From assembly GCF_035084215.1 (NCBI RefSeq), contig NC_090327.1:106454001-106518000 (forward strand): a DNA stretch of 64,000 nucleotides. The letters run 5' to 3'. A model generated the notes under the pieces. That model had not been told where the DNA came from and made no database searches. It saw only the letters and a program-made list of their open reading frames with translations. The translations under genes were made by a program, and so were the position numbers. Positions 25,860 through 39,470 of the stretch are shown one piece after another. How positions within the stretch are numbered: position 1 is the first letter of the stretch; each line of letters begins with the position of its first letter. This stretch comes from Heptranchias perlo (Eukaryota).

Positions 25860-26290
25860 CCTTTAATGTAGAAAACTGTCTCAAGGTGTCTCACAGAGGT
25901 GTGAAGAAAAAAAATGGATGCTGAGACAAAGGAGGAGGGATTCAGAGTGGTGACCTAAAGCTTGGTCAATGGGATAAGTTTTAAAGGGGGATATTAAAGT
26001 AGGAGAGGGAGGTTTAGGGAGGGAACTGCAGAGCGTGAGGCCCAGGTGGATTAAAGCACAGCAGCCAATGGTGGAGCAAAGGGAGAGGGGATGCACCAGA
26101 GAATGGATACAGAGGAATGGAGGGTTTGGGTTAGGGGTAGTAGGGCTGGAGGAAGTTAGAGAGATAGGGAGGGTTGAAGCAATGGAGGGATTTAAATTTA
26201 AAAAATCAAAATGTTGGGAAACCAGAGCCAACATAGGACAGGGGTGCTGGGCAACCACGACTTGGTGTGGATTGGGACATCGGTGGCAGA
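25860..26290 (-). mobile_element. Old L2-like LINE 3' fragment
   Basis: G/A-rich on plus strand; reverse complement resembles the L2-like tails at 10600-10895 and 35100-35570. Confidence 0.5.
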
Positions 26291-26681
26291 TGAAGCAAAA
26301 ATTCCAGAGTTCCAAATCAATTTAACAATGTTGAAGAAAATTTTAAAAATATACAAACTATACAGTGAACTAACAGAGACATATTACTCAGCCTGAAAGT
26401 TGCAAGTTTGAGTCAGTGAAAGTAGGCAAGTAAATCCAGATGTCTGAAAAAGCAGCTCAGAATTACACAGGAGTGGTTCAGGATGATTCCCTTTCCACCT
26501 TTATCTCCCCATGGGAAGCACCTGCTCTTCACCAAGCACTTTCCTGATGACTTTGCTAAAATCATGACCTTGCCAAGTCAGAAATCGTACACACAAACTG
26601 TATGTATACCCAATGCAATGCAAAAACTGCAGGTTAAACTGTTGAAGAACAGAAGATATCATCAGCTTCAAATGTCAGTAC

Positions 26682-26836
26682 CTGTCGGTAACAGAAGTGA
26701 GGGATCGTAATATAGCATTGAAGAATCCAGTCAGCTCCTTTTGCAGTTTCTGTCTTACAAGGGTTTGAACTTCATCCATTTCACCTTGCCCAGGTGATTC
26801 AGTTTGCACCAACAAATTCAGCAGTGGATTTGTTTC
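26682..26836 (-). CDS. RTTN: Rotatin exon ETNPLLNLLVQTESPGQGEMDEVQTLVRQKLQKELTGFFNAILRSLTSVTDR
   Basis: Inside ORF 26675..26956; ggcag acceptor, gtactg donor, 155 nt, phase 0/2. Confidence 0.93.
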
Positions 26837-27961
26837 CTGCCAGTGAAACACCACATCAATACAATAGTAACTAAAGCGAGTCAAATGTTCCATTTCTTTA
26901 AACCTCACCACCTCCCCACCCAAAATCATACTTCTGCATTTGATACACTGCAACAATTCTATGGCTTGTGGTTATCACTGAACACCTTCACTGTCCGTTC
27001 ACGACAGTTGTTCTGCCATAATATTCAGGGTTTAAGTAATGAACCTCAGTGACAGGGACACAAAACTTGAAAGAGCAGGAAGGTTTAAGTATTTATGGTT
27101 GATTTACAAATTTTTATCATAAATAAGCTTGGGGTCTTAAATGATTAATTTCAGTCATGGCGAGCAGACAGGTTTGCATTCACAGATGGCACTGAGGTGT
27201 AAAATTAGACATTTGCTATCAGGCACATTCTGAACGTCAAAGCACACAAAACACATGTATTCTTGTCGATCCATTCAGCAAACACAGAATTATTCAGTAT
27301 GCCATTTATATTCTAGAGAACGTGGATAGGTGAAGGCAGGTTTGTGGTGTTACTCCAAGAGATGCCAGATTTGGATTGTCTGGAGCGATTTTCATGCAAC
27401 GCTACCTCTATCAAACATATATGCAATTTATGGCTATGCTAATATGAAAAGTGAAAGATACTGCATTACAACCACGTGACTGATGTTAATCATATCCTAA
27501 CAAACAGAAGGATGATGCAAAAATACATTGGAATACTGTTGACATTCTTCAAACATCATGGTTAACTATCACAGCTTTGTGAAACCCTCGTACATTCACT
27601 TAGAACACAGTGCTGCTTGAATTCTTATTATTAGTGAGAACACTACAACCTTCCAAAGTCAGCATGAGCATCCAAAATCATAAAGCAGACTAAGAGTTGA
27701 TTCTGATCTAGCATGTGCACAAGTGGCACGGTAGCAAGAAAAGCTTTTTTTCATAGTGTCTTTCATGTAAAGAAGTATTCCAAGGAACTTCACAAATAGG
27801 TGCAAGGGAGGGGGGAAATTAGAAGGGATCACTCTAAGTTTGGTCAAAAAGATAGGTTTTGAGATGGTTTTTAAAAAGATGGAGAGGGAGGTAAATGAGT
27901 AGGAATAGACTGATTGCACCTCAATAATTCATCTCCTGATCCTACAAATTCATCACATTAC

Positions 27962-30900
27962 ATACTATGTACAGCACAGAAACAGGCCATTCGGCCCAAC
28001 AGGTTCATGCCAGTGTTTATGCTCCACACAAGCCCCCTCCCACCCTCCTTCATCCAACCTTCAACATATCCTCCTATTCCCTTCTCTCTCTCTCATGTGT
28101 TTATCTAGCTTCCCTTTAAATGCATCTATGTTAGTCGCCTCAACTACTCCTTGTGGTAGCGAGTTCCACATTCTAACCACTCTCTGGTGAAGAAGTTTCT
28201 CCTGAATTCCCTATTGGAGTTATTAGTGACTATCTATATTTATGGCCCCTAGTTCTGGTCTCCCCCGCAAGAGGAAACATCTTCTCTACATCTACCCTAT
28301 CAAACTGTTTCTAGTGTGGCCTAACTAAGGTTCTTTACAAGTTTAGCATAGCTTCCCTGCTTTTCAATTCTATCCCTTTGGAAATGAACCCAAGTGCTTT
28401 TTTTTATGGCCATGTTATCCTGCCTCACTTTTAGTGATTTGTGTATCCTGTACCCCTCGATCCCGCTGCTCCTCTACTCTATTTAGACTCTTATTTTCCA
28501 AGCAGTACGTGGCCTCCTTATTCTTCCTACCAAAATGTACCATCTCACACTTGTTTATATTGAAATTCATTTCTGCAAGTTTATTGTCTTCCTGTATTTT
28601 GTCACAGTCCTCCTCAGTATTAACAATACCCCACAATTTGGTGTTGTCTGCAAATTTTGAAATTGTACTTATTTATGTGGCTATAGAATATTTTACTATT
28701 TATTTTTATATTCCTTGATAATTTAATTTTGTAGTTTCTCTTTGCCTTCCTAATTGTTTTTCTGACTTCTTTCCTAACCTTTTCATATTCCCTCACGTCA
28801 GCCTCTCCTTTGTTGTCTATGTACTTAGTGTATGCCTTTTTCTTTAGTTTCAATTGTGCCTTTATTTATTTATTCATCCATGGTGTGTCATTACTGGCTA
28901 GATTGTTCTTGCTTTTTAATTGGATCTATTTCTCCTGGACTCTACTGATCACAGTTTTATATGTTTCCCAAAGCTGTTCTATTTCTTTGTTTGTCATTAA
29001 ATTTTTCCAGTTTATTTTCCCTAGTTCTATTCTCAGCCCCTTAAAATCATTTTTTTCCCAATCTATTACTTTGTCTTACTTATGTCCTTCTCAATCCTTA
29101 TCTTAAACCTTATTATGTTGTGATCGCTATTGCTTAGATGTTGCCCCACACTTACTTCTCTTATCTGTTCTGGTTCATTTCCCATTACTAAATCCAGCAG
29201 TGCTTCCTCTCTTGTTGGGCTTTTTACATACTGGGTAAGAAAGGAGTCCTGCACATATTGTAAAAACTCCATTCCCTGTACCTCTTTACCTACCTGTTCT
29301 TGCCAGTTTATTTAGGGGTAGTTAAAATCTCCCATGATTATTAGTCTATGTCCTTTACTCATTTTGCATCTTTGCTTACATATTTCTTCCTCCACCTCCT
29401 TTCCACTATTAGGTGGTCTGTAGTATACCCCTATTAGTGTGATCAATCCCTTCTTATCTTTTATTTCAATCCACATGGATTCTGTTTCTATCCTTCTGTT
29501 AGTTATGTCCCTTTTTTCTACTGTCATTATATTATCTCTAATTAGTACAGCTACTCCACACCCCCTTCTTCCTTCCCTATTCTTTCTGATTATGTTATAT
29601 CCTGCAATATTTAGTTGTCAGTCCTGTTCTTTATGTAGCCATCTTTCAGTTATTCCTACATCTGGTTCCTCACTACAGATTTATTTTGGACACTGTGTAC
29701 ATTGCTGTACAGTCAGTTTAATTCGTCTTCAATTGATGTTCCTTTAACTTTATTTTAATAGTCCTTTTATACTTCTGTTTTATAACTGTATTTGTTTCTT
29801 GACCATTCAGGTTATCATTATTCCTTGCCCTGGATCCCCTCCTTGTTCTTCCTTATGTCATTGGTTTCGACATGGACCACTACAACTGGATGCTCCCCCT
29901 CCCTTTCCAAGTTCCTCTCCAGTTGCCCATAGTGTCTTTTACCCTTGCAACAGGTAGGCAACACATCCTCCTGGATTCTCTGTCACGACTGTAGAGGACG
30001 CTACCTGTGCCCCCAATTATAGAATTCCCCATGACTACAACCTATTCTGATCCTCCCTCCCACCTCCTCCTCGCCACCCCCCCCCCCCCCCGCCCCCCTA
30101 GACTGCCTCATGCTCCACAGTGCCCTGGTTAGCATTTTATGACCTTTACACTTACCTCTTCTTTCTTTTATCTTTCTTTTATCTTTAAGCTTTTGTTATT
30201 GCTACTAGATCCCTCCCCCCATCTTGCTAGTTTAAAGTCTTATCCACCGCCCTATTTATCTTATCCACAATGACTCTGGTACCAATCCCATTCAGGTGAA
30301 GCCCATCCCAGCGGTACGGCTCCTTCCTGTCCCAGTACTGGTGCTAAAGTCTCATGAAATAGAATCCCTCCTTCCCACACCAGTCTTTCAGCCAAGCATT
30401 CACTTTTCTAATCTACCTATCCCTATACCAATTAGTATACGGCTCGGGTAGTAATACTGAGATTACCACCCGTGCGATCTTGCTTTCTAATTTAGTTCCT
30501 AGCTTCTGATATTCCCTTAGCAGGACCCACTCCTTATTCTTCCTTATGTCATTGGTGCTGACATGGACCACTGCAACGGGATCCTCCCCCTCCCTTTCCA
30601 AGTTCCTCTCCAGTTGCCCGGAGTGTCTTTCACCCTCCTGGACTCTCGGTCACGACTGTAGAGGATGCTATCTATCTGCCTAATTATAGAATTCCCCATG
30701 ACCACAACCTTTGTATTCTGATCCTCCCTCCCTGCCCCCCGCTCCCCTTAGACTGTCTCATGCTCCAGAGTACCCTGGTTAGCATTCTGAGCATCCTCCC
30801 TGCAGCCTCCAGCCTTATCCTCACAGGTATCAAATACCTCGTACCTGTTGGATAGGACCAGTGTCTGTGGGACCTCCTTCTCTGCCTTTCCTAGGTTTCC

Positions 30901-31140
30901 CCTGCCCTTCCTGCACCTGTGCTTTTCTCTGAGGTGTGACTTTACTCTGGAGAAAACTATGTAGATATTCCTCCCCCTCCCCTATGTATCGGAGTGTCTC
31001 TAACTCGTACTCCAGCTTAAAGACTCTGAGCCAGAGTGTCTCAAGCCAGAGACATTTAGTGCAGATGTAGCAATCCAGGACATTCTCTCTGTCCACAAAC
31101 TCTCACATACTTAATACTGACACACAGCCTGTACAGCCAT
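27962..31140 (-). mobile_element. Long, internally deleted CR1 with ORF1 and endonuclease remnants
   Basis: ORF1 zinc-finger-like YICTKC and esterase-like VVHVSTNDI..VVISVLLP; APE GVYYRPPNS, IMGDFNYP, LDLV, SDHN; RT fragments. Confidence 0.85.
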
Positions 31141-31514
31141 TTCTAGTTTTTTATTTATTTATCATCAATAGTTTATTTCTAGGACTAATAGAATCACTTG
31201 AGATCTAGATTATATTTAATAAATGGATTTAGCTTGATTTCAAAATAATTACTAATTATCTAGTCTTTTTTTTATTTAAGTTTTAGAAGTTGATAGATTA
31301 GTTTCTAATCCCTTGGCTTAAATCACTTAGCACCTCCTTCCATCTCTGCACCTAATTCCCATACTCATCAAATTCCCAGTTGAAAGTCCTCACGCTCTTC
31401 ATAATTCACTCCGTTAGAAATTCACTCTCTGTCGTTACCAACCTCTGTGCTCAAGTTCAAATGGCTGAAAGAAGTTCCATGGGTTGGAGGCATTTATAAT
31501 GCCCATTAACCCCG

Positions 31515-32022
31515 TTACATAGAATTTACAGGACAGAAACAGTCCATTCGGCCCAACTGGTTGATGCCGGTTTTTATGCTCCACATGAGCCTCCTCCCAC
31601 CCTACTTTATCTAATCCAATCAGCATATCCTTCTATTCCTTTCTGCTTCATGTACTTAAATGCATCTATGCCATTCGCCTCAACTACTCCATATAGTAGC
31701 AAATTCCGCATTCTAATTACTCTCTGGGTAAAGAAGTTTCTCCTGAATTCTTTATTGGATTTATTAGTGTTCTCTTATATTTGTGTCCTCTAGTTTTAGA
31801 CTCCCCCACAAGTGGAAACGTCTTCTCTACATCTACCTTATCAAACCCCTTCATAATTTTATAGACCTCGATTAAGTCACCCCTCAGCCTTCTCTTTTAT
31901 AGAGGAAAGAGCCCCCATTGTTCAGTCTTTCCTGATAGTTATAACCTCCCAGTTCTGGTATCATCCTTGTAAATCTTTTTTGCACCTTCTCCACTGCTTC
32001 TATATCCTTTTGTAATATGGCA
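31515..32022 (-). mobile_element. CR1 3' fragment
   Basis: KDIEAVEKVQKRFTRMIP; CR1 tail. Confidence 0.8.
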
Positions 32023-32096
32023 ACCATTGTTATGTTCACATAATACCTTCTGAATATTGGTGTAAGCAATTTTTATTTATACAAAAGAAACGCATA

Positions 32097-32904
32097 TTAA
32101 TGCGGAAAAATGTGAAGTGATACATTTCGGTAGGAAGAACTAGGAGGGGCAATATAAACTAGAGGGCACAACAAGGGGTACAGGAACAGAGAGATCTGGG
32201 GGTATATGTGCACAAATTGTTGAAAGTGGCAGGGCAGGTTGAGCAAGCAGTTAAAAAAGCATACGGGATCCTGGGCTTTATAAATAGAGGCATAGAATAC
32301 AAAAGTATGGAAGTCATGATGAACCTTTTATAAAACACTGGTTCGGCCACAACTGAAGTATTGTGTTCCAGTTCTGGGCACCGCACTTCAGGAAAGATGT
32401 GAAGGCCTTAGAAAAGGTCCATAAGAGATTTACTAGAATGATTCCAGGGATGAGGGGTTTTAGTTATGTGGATAGACTGGAGAAGCTGGGGTTGTTCTCC
32501 TTTGAATAGAGATGGTTGTGAGGAGATTTGATAGAGGTATTCAAAATCATGAAGGGTCTAGTCAGAGTAGGTAGAGTGAAACTGTTCCCATTGGTGGAAG
32601 GGTCAAGAACCAGAGGACATAGATTGAAGGTGATTGGCAAAAGAACCAAAGGGGACACGAGGAAAAACTTTTTTACACAGTGAGTGGTTAGGATCTGGAA
32701 TGTACTGCCCGAGGGGGTGGTGGAGGCAGATTCAATCATGGCCTTCAAAAGGGAACTAGATAAGTACTTGAAAGGAAAAAATTTGCAGGGCTACGGGGAA
32801 AGGGCGGGGGAATGGGACTAGCTGGATTGCTCTTGCGTAAAGCCGGTCCGGACTCGATGGGCTGAATGGCCTCCTTCTGTGCTGTAACCTTTCTATGATT
32901 CTAT
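32097..32904 (+). mobile_element. CR1 3' fragment
   Basis: EKCEVIHFGRKN region; tail ending ttctatgattctat. Confidence 0.85.
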
Positions 32905-33408
32905 TTGTTCCTTCTAAAGTTGAGTCTGACTGGCCAAACTGGTACAAAGTTAGTACCTGAATGGATCATGAGTTGAAGAAACACAATTTGAGAAATTCCC
33001 ACGTCTATCTGCAACGACAGAACAGACCTTTCCAGTCATCCTGGATCTGTTTAGAAGGTGGGAGTAGGAGAGCAGCCTCAATGACATTATGACAAAAAAA
33101 AGTGATTTCCCCCAAACCAATAAAGATTGGACCAGTTTCTAGTAAGAGAAATGCCTGTATGAAAATGACTTAATTGCTCGTGTCCGATTTCATCCAAATT
33201 CAGCAAAAAATATAAATAGCAGAAGGCCTATGTAAAAAACAAACAGACTCTCCTGAGTCCATTATCTTAAGCCGATATGCTAACATTGGTATTCAACTGA
33301 CATTAATGACCATTCTGATCACATCTGATGCCCTTGATTGGATTAGAGCCATTCAGTTCAGTATCCATTCATCTACATTAACTAGTAGCATTAACAATAT
33401 CTTATTAC

Positions 33409-33553
33409 CTGTCTAAGCAGGAGCTCCAAAAGCAAGTTTAGGTCCTTGGTATCTGTACCATCCCTTTGTGCTATCAATATTTTGCTCAGGAAAGCCACAA
33501 CATCAGCCAAGAGTTTCTCATCTTCAACACAAGCTGGAAGAACTTGCAAAAAC
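33409..33553 (-). CDS. RTTN: Rotatin exon FLQVLPACVEDEKLLADVVAFLSKILIAQRDGTDTKDLNLLLELLLRQ
   Basis: ttccag acceptor, gtaata donor, 145 nt, phase 2/0; FLQVLPAC.EDEKLL motif. Confidence 0.95.
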
Positions 33554-33997
33554 CTGGAACATAATTAATAACTACTGTGTACAAATTTCAAACTAAGACA
33601 GGTCGCTGAACATTCTGTGAGTAAGTTTTTCATGCAGGTGCTTTCACTTTACTTTTGAAATGCTAGCTTTTGTTCCAAGTAAATTAAGAAGTTGAAACAA
33701 ATCAAATGCAAGATTTGAAAACATAACAATTCCATTCCTTCAGAAATGTAATCTGTTAATTTATGCACATTGTGAATGCACCCCCTGGTGTCTCAGTTGC
33801 ATATTCCCTCCCCCCATTTTGCCTGTACTCTTTTGTAATGCACTCATCATATTAATTATGCAAAAAAGAACTCTGGAAATAAGACTTGGGTTGTTTCATG
33901 TGTTATCTATATAATCAACTTCCAACAGCATCAGTAGAACAGGTAATGATCCGGCTTCATTCCTATTCCCATTTGAACAGCCGTTTTGTCAAGACTG

Positions 33998-34665
33998 CAA
34001 TCAACATCCTGGGGGTCACCATTGACCAGAAACTTAACTGGACCAGCCATATAAATACTGTGGCTACAAGAGCAGGTCAGAGGCTGGGTGTTCTGTGGCG
34101 AGTGACTCACCTCCTGACTCCCCAAAGCCTTTCCACCATCTACAAGGCACAAGTCAGGAGTGTGATGGAATGCTCTCCACTTGCCTGGATGAGTGCAGCT
34201 CCAACAACACTCAAGAAGCTCGACATCATCCAGGACAAAGCAGCCCGCTTGATTGGCACCCCATCAAACACCCTAAACATTCACTCCCTTTACCACTGGC
34301 GCAACGTGGCTGCAGTGTGTACCATCCACAGGATGCACTGCAGCAATTCGTCAAGGCTTCTTCGACAGCACCTCCCAAACCCACGACCTCTACCACCTAG
34401 AAGGACAAGGGAACAACACCACCTGCACGTTCCCCTCCAAGTCACACACCATCCCGACTTGGAAATATATCCCCATTCCTTCATTGTCGCTGGGTCAAAA
34501 TCCTGCAACTCCCTTCCTAACAGCACTGTGGGAGAACCTTCACCACATGGACTGCAGCGGTTCAAGAAGGCGGCTCACCACCACCTTCTCAAGGGCAATG
34601 AGGGATGGGCAATAAATGCCGGCCTCGCCAGCGACGCCCTCATCCCATAAACGAATAAAAAAAAA
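33998..34665 (+). mobile_element. Non-LTR retrotransposon 3' end (CR1/L2/Jockey-group RT C-terminus)
   Basis: ILGVTIDQKLNWTSHI..YKAQVRSVMECSPLAW..LDIIQDKAARLIG; A-rich tail at ~34655. Confidence 0.85.
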
Positions 34666-34904
34666 TTGCAAGGTTGTTTCATGAAGGAGGAGGAAAACAA
34701 CACGATTAAAAGAAAATCTGGCATGCATTCCTACTGTAATGTTAATCCTGCAGTTTCATCAGGACCTCAGCTTTGGTTTCATCACTTTCAGTGTAACTGA
34801 AGTAAGGAAAATCAAAATAAAAAATTCTGCGTATAACAACATTAAAAGCCTGTTGGGTTCCCACCAGAACCTTTGCGTTTGTCACCTATTCCATCCCCCA
34901 TTCT

Positions 34905-35570
34905 GGCTGCTCACTCAAGCTGAACATGGCAGTGCTCACCCTCAATATCCTGTTCGTCATTAAACTGAACTTCAAAATCCACATCCCGTCTGTCACCATG
35001 ACCACCTATTTCCATAACAATACCTGCCTAAATCCCCACTCATCATCATTTCCCAGGCTTGATGTCTCCAATATGCTCCACAGCAGCTGCCTGAGCTCCA
35101 ATCTACACAAACTCCAACTCATCTAGAACTCTACTGGTTGTATTCGAACCCATCCTGATTGCTACACCCCTGTCCTTGCAAACCATCTTTGGTTCCCCAT
35201 GTCCCAGTCCATCACCTTTTAATTCCTCATTCTCTTCTTCAAATCCTTCCATGGTCTCACTCCATCCTACCTCTGCAATCTTCCCAGCCCCACATCTCAG
35301 CACTCACTATCCACTTTTCCAAATTTGGCATTTTATAATTCCCCCACTCCCTTTGTCCCACCTGCACTGACAGGTCCTTTGGCCACCAGACCTTTACATT
35401 CTGGAACTTCCTAAACCTTTATCACTTTGCCACCTTTTTCTTTACCTTCAAGAGCTACCTTAAAACCTATCACTTCAGCAGTGTTTTTGATCACCCGTAA
35501 CTTCTCTCCCACTTCTTGCAAGAGTCCCCTATATCCTGTAATTTGTTATGTAAAAGGTGCTATATGGAGT
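34905..35570 (+). mobile_element. Old L2-like LINE fragment
   Basis: LHKLQLI*NS motif and C/T-rich tail ending aaaggtgctatat. Confidence 0.5.
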
Positions 35571-36152
35571 AAGCTAAAGTTCTTTAGATATCTTGTTAGA
35601 ACTACATTGAAAGTTACAAGACTCAAGGTTAGTTCTATTGATATCACCTTTTTTGTTACAACAATTAGAAGAGGGGCAGGAGTTTAGGAAATGAGAGGAC
35701 ACAATAACTAAAACTGGTTGGCATGCATTCTGTTCTACAATGTTTATACAATGTTTATGTTTAAGAAAATTTGAAATAAACAAAACACTCTTAAAAAGTG
35801 GGGTTCATTAATTCCTAAAAGTTCAAATTTACTATAAAAACAAATTGCAAAGATTTCCCAGGAGCACTTTCTAGCATTGTCCTAATGAGAGAAAACCATC
35901 TGGTAACAACCACTTTCAATACCACTTAAATGCACTTCTCGATGGGAAAATCAAGCATTTGGTAGGAAGCTACCTAGAAAATGAACCACTTGATGTAGAA
36001 AAAGGGTAGATAGGACTCAATAAAAAAAACACTAAATAAACAATAAAAGTGCGCACATATAACTATTAAACATGTTAGATATAGAATGCATCATTTGAAA
36101 AAAGTAGCTACCAACTTTTGCAAATGTTGTGGTTTTCAGTAATTGTACAAAC

Positions 36153-36392
36153 CTGCCCAGTGCTGTTTGCCATTCGAGATGATGTAATATAGATATGCTG
36201 CTACCAGTTCCTTGTTTCAGAGCTAGTTTGTCATTCAGCAAGTACAATCTCATTCTGATAAGAGCAGAACTGACAACACTGTGAGAGACTGCCTGGGTGA
36301 TGGAAACAAGACAGTCCTGCAGACCACTAGTGACATGGCTTGTTTTTAGCACTACATTGTCAACAGGAGACAACCTCAGGTTCTCTATACAT
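36153..36392 (-). CDS. RTTN: Rotatin exon CIENLRLSPVDNVVLKTSHVTSGLQDCL...YLLNDKLALK...WQTALGR
   Basis: Inside ORF 36032..36499; ttacag acceptor, gtttgt donor, 240 nt, phase 2/2. Confidence 0.94.
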
Positions 36393-36456
36393 CTGTAACA
36401 GAAGAAAAATATAAAGCAACAAATCAATTTGTCATTGAAGTCAGTATGTACACAAT

Positions 36457-36549
36457 CAGATTTTGTAGCTTCAGTATTTAATGCATAGTGAGATAACACA
36501 CAGATTTTGTAGCTTCAGTATTTAATGCATAGTGAGATAACACACAGAT
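36457..36549. repeat. Perfect 44-nt tandem duplication
   Basis: cagattttgtagcttcagtatttaatgcatagtgagataacaca x2, followed by cagat. Confidence 0.95.
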
Positions 36550-37714
36550 AAAACAAGCAGTCACTTGTAATTTTCCAAAGGCAACAATCAAATAAACCAT
36601 AACAGTCTAAGGCTTTTAGAAGTCACAGTTTGCTTTTGGGAGGCATTTTGGATCTGAATTTCTATTTCGACTCCCTAATTTCTGTAGAGCTGCTGGTTTG
36701 ACAAAACTTGTACAGATTTTTTCCAGATCATTCAGTTTTTCTGGTTTTAGAAATAGCATGTGTTCTTGTACAGGGCACCGGAATGATGACTCAGAGGAGG
36801 TCAGAAAGTAGTAACTTGAACTCCCTTTGTCAGTGGGCAAATGGCCCATGTAGTGCAACACTAAACCACATAGACCATCAAGGTCCAAGGCTGCCTGACT
36901 TGCTGAGCTTCTCCAGCATTTTCTGTTTTTATTTCAGATTTCCAGCATCTGCAGTATTTTGCTTTTGATGCGGGATTCAATTACTGGTCTATACCGAGGC
37001 ATTCAATCCTAGTCAGGTGCCGCAATGAGCATCAGCCAAATACAGACCAGGGCTCCCCAGCCTCATAACTATCCAGAAACCGCTGTTGGAAGTGTGTACA
37101 CATCGAAAAGAAAGAGAACATTAGTTGGGCAGCCCACTGATAATCTGTGTCCATGTTTACATACAAAGAATAGTCGCATAGATAAAATGAAGTACTGAAC
37201 AGACCCCAGAATGAGTCACTACTTTCAAGAAAACGAAGAGCAAACAATTGGAGGGGATTAAAAAGACGTAACACCTTTTAGAGCATGGGTGACTGGACAC
37301 CGCACATGTTAACTCTATGACAAAGAGCAGGGAAATTGTACTAAATGTTAACTTCTATTGTCTTTGCATAGTTCTTGGAGCAAATCTTGTATGCGTCACC
37401 CTAGAACACTATCATAACTGGAGTCAGCAAGGTATCAGACCCATTGCTGGAAAAATGCACACTGCCTAGCCTTCAGAGGGACTTTACATAAGTTTCTCTG
37501 AAGAGTTGCCTCCACGGATCTAACGGTAAAATTTGTACTGAAAATGAAAGTTTCATCAAAATTCACATATTTTGCTTTGTTTTAAAACTGTTATTGCTCA
37601 TCAATACTTTAAACCATTTGTCCCTGATTGTTGCGCACTGTGACTATAATTCTTGTATTACTGTGGAACCCCGTTAAGTGCAAACATTTTACTGAACATA
37701 ATATTTATACTTAC

Positions 37715-37909
37715 TCTGGTGAGGTATCAATTCCTTGATATCTATTCTGGTCCAAGGTCTGATCAATCCCATGATACCATGCAAGATTCCAGGCTACTTT
37801 CAACATGTCTGACTCAGGTCTTAATGTCATAGGGTCTGAAGTAGATGGAACCACAGTGCAGTGGGGACTCACCGCGTGATGAACTGCCACTTTGACCATC
37901 AAGTTGTAC
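37715..37909 (-). CDS. RTTN: Rotatin exon YNLMVKVAVHHAVSPHCTVVP...SDMLKVAWNLAWYHGID...TSPE
   Basis: Inside ORF 37711..38007; aaaag acceptor, gtaagt donor, 195 nt, phase 2/2. Confidence 0.94.
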
Positions 37910-38203
37910 CTTTTCAAATTAAAAAACAAATCAAAACAAAACCATGGAGAGCATGCCTTAACAAAAGCAGTTGATAGAAAATATCTGCAGCAATTAAAAT
38001 ATCCCACAGGCTTTTCCAGCCAATTAGGATAGTGAACAGTGAATTATAACCTGGCTGCATCATTGGATCTGACATAACAAATTCCTGATATTTTTCCAGT
38101 CGGACATCAGGCGCACCAAACACCTTGCCAGCAGCTCCTAGAGCTGCACTGCCAAGATGAGTCATTATGTTGGTGGCACTGGAAGCATTAACAATACAGA
38201 TAT

Positions 38204-38420
38204 GTCTTGGCCAATATTTATCTCTCAACCAACATCAGTAAAACAGATGATCTGGTCACTTATTTCATTACTGTTTGTGGCAGCTTGCTGTGTGTAAATT
38301 GGCTGCCTCGTTTCCTACAATACAACGGTGACTACATTTCAAAAGTACTTCATTGGCTGTACAGCCCTTTGGAACATCCTGAGGATGTGAAAGGTGCTAT
38401 ATAAATGCAAGACTTCCTTT
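38204..38420 (+). mobile_element. Deu-domain SINE (SacSINE1/AmnSINE1-like) 3' part
   Basis: Central block ..gctgtgtgtaaattggctgc.. and tail gtgaaaggtgctatataaatgcaag, recognised from recalled DeuSINE consensus. Confidence 0.7.
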
Positions 38421-39413
38421 CCTTATCTCTTACCTCTTAACAGCCCAGGAAGTGTAGCAAGATGGTACGGAAAATGTGCAAAGGAGGTAGGTAGGTATCC
38501 GGTGTTCAATTGGACAGAAAAGGGAGGGAGAAGAGGATCTTGGGGTCTAGCAGCATTGGCGGATGGGGGAGAAAGGATCTAGAAATTTTGTAAGAGATCT
38601 TCCCAGGGACAGTCAAATAAGTATTTACTTATTGGTTCTTGGAAAATAAATAAATCAGTCTTTTCAGACACTATCAGCAAGTATATGGCTGTTTTAAGTA
38701 AACATAAGTTGCATATATAAACAATCTCTGGTACATATATTTGTTTGTGTCAAAATTACCTTATGAAATATTCAAAACTTTGTACTTTACACTGTTTCCA
38801 TTTGGGAAGTGGGTGAGGAGTGTATATCTCCAGTGAAAGAATTTAGAAAGAAGATACCCAAAGGCAGTGAAGCAAAAATGGTTTAATTTGAAAATTCTTC
38901 ACATCGCACATGCTCAGACTGGAATTCTGCAATTGCAGGCACAGGTGTAGTTGGTGACTCCCTTCAACTGACAGAAAAATATCAATTGCAAGCCAAGGCA
39001 TTTGAGAGAAGCTGAAGTTTCCAAGTAAATCCATTAATGATCCACAAGACACAAAAGACAATTTTATAGACAAGTTTGTGATCACAGTAATTATGTGTAT
39101 TTTTTAATGCTCTTTATTAGATTAGAAATTATAATTTGAACTCAGGAAAAGAAAATTGGTAGACAAATGTCTTTTGCAAAACTATTTTCAGCAATTTGAC
39201 TAGTTCAGTTTCTGGGTTGACAGATGTTCATCATTTATCACAGTTAGGTTTCTGATCGCTTGCTGTTTCAGCAATATGAAATTTGAGCAAATCAACTAAG
39301 TGTCACGCTGGATGGAAGTGTGCACAGACACACTATGTTATGACATTTTATAAAGAATAAAGGATAGTGCTAAAACATCTTAGCAATAGCAAGAAAAGAG
39401 TGAAAAGGCTTAC

Positions 39414-39470
39414 CTTCGAGTTACAGTAACAGGTAAGCTGAATGGAGGAGGAGCAGTGATGCTATCAGAC
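39414..39470 (-). CDS. RTTN: Rotatin small exon SDSITAPPPFSLPVTVTRR
   Basis: taacag acceptor, gtaagc donor, 57 nt, phase 2/2; aligns to RTTN FSLPVSVFRR. Confidence 0.88.

Noticed and set aside
33886-34650. 254-aa plus-strand ORF as a novel host gene
   Set aside because: It is a LINE RT C-terminus with chance upstream read-through; related copies occur at 45115-45940 and 10905-13400.
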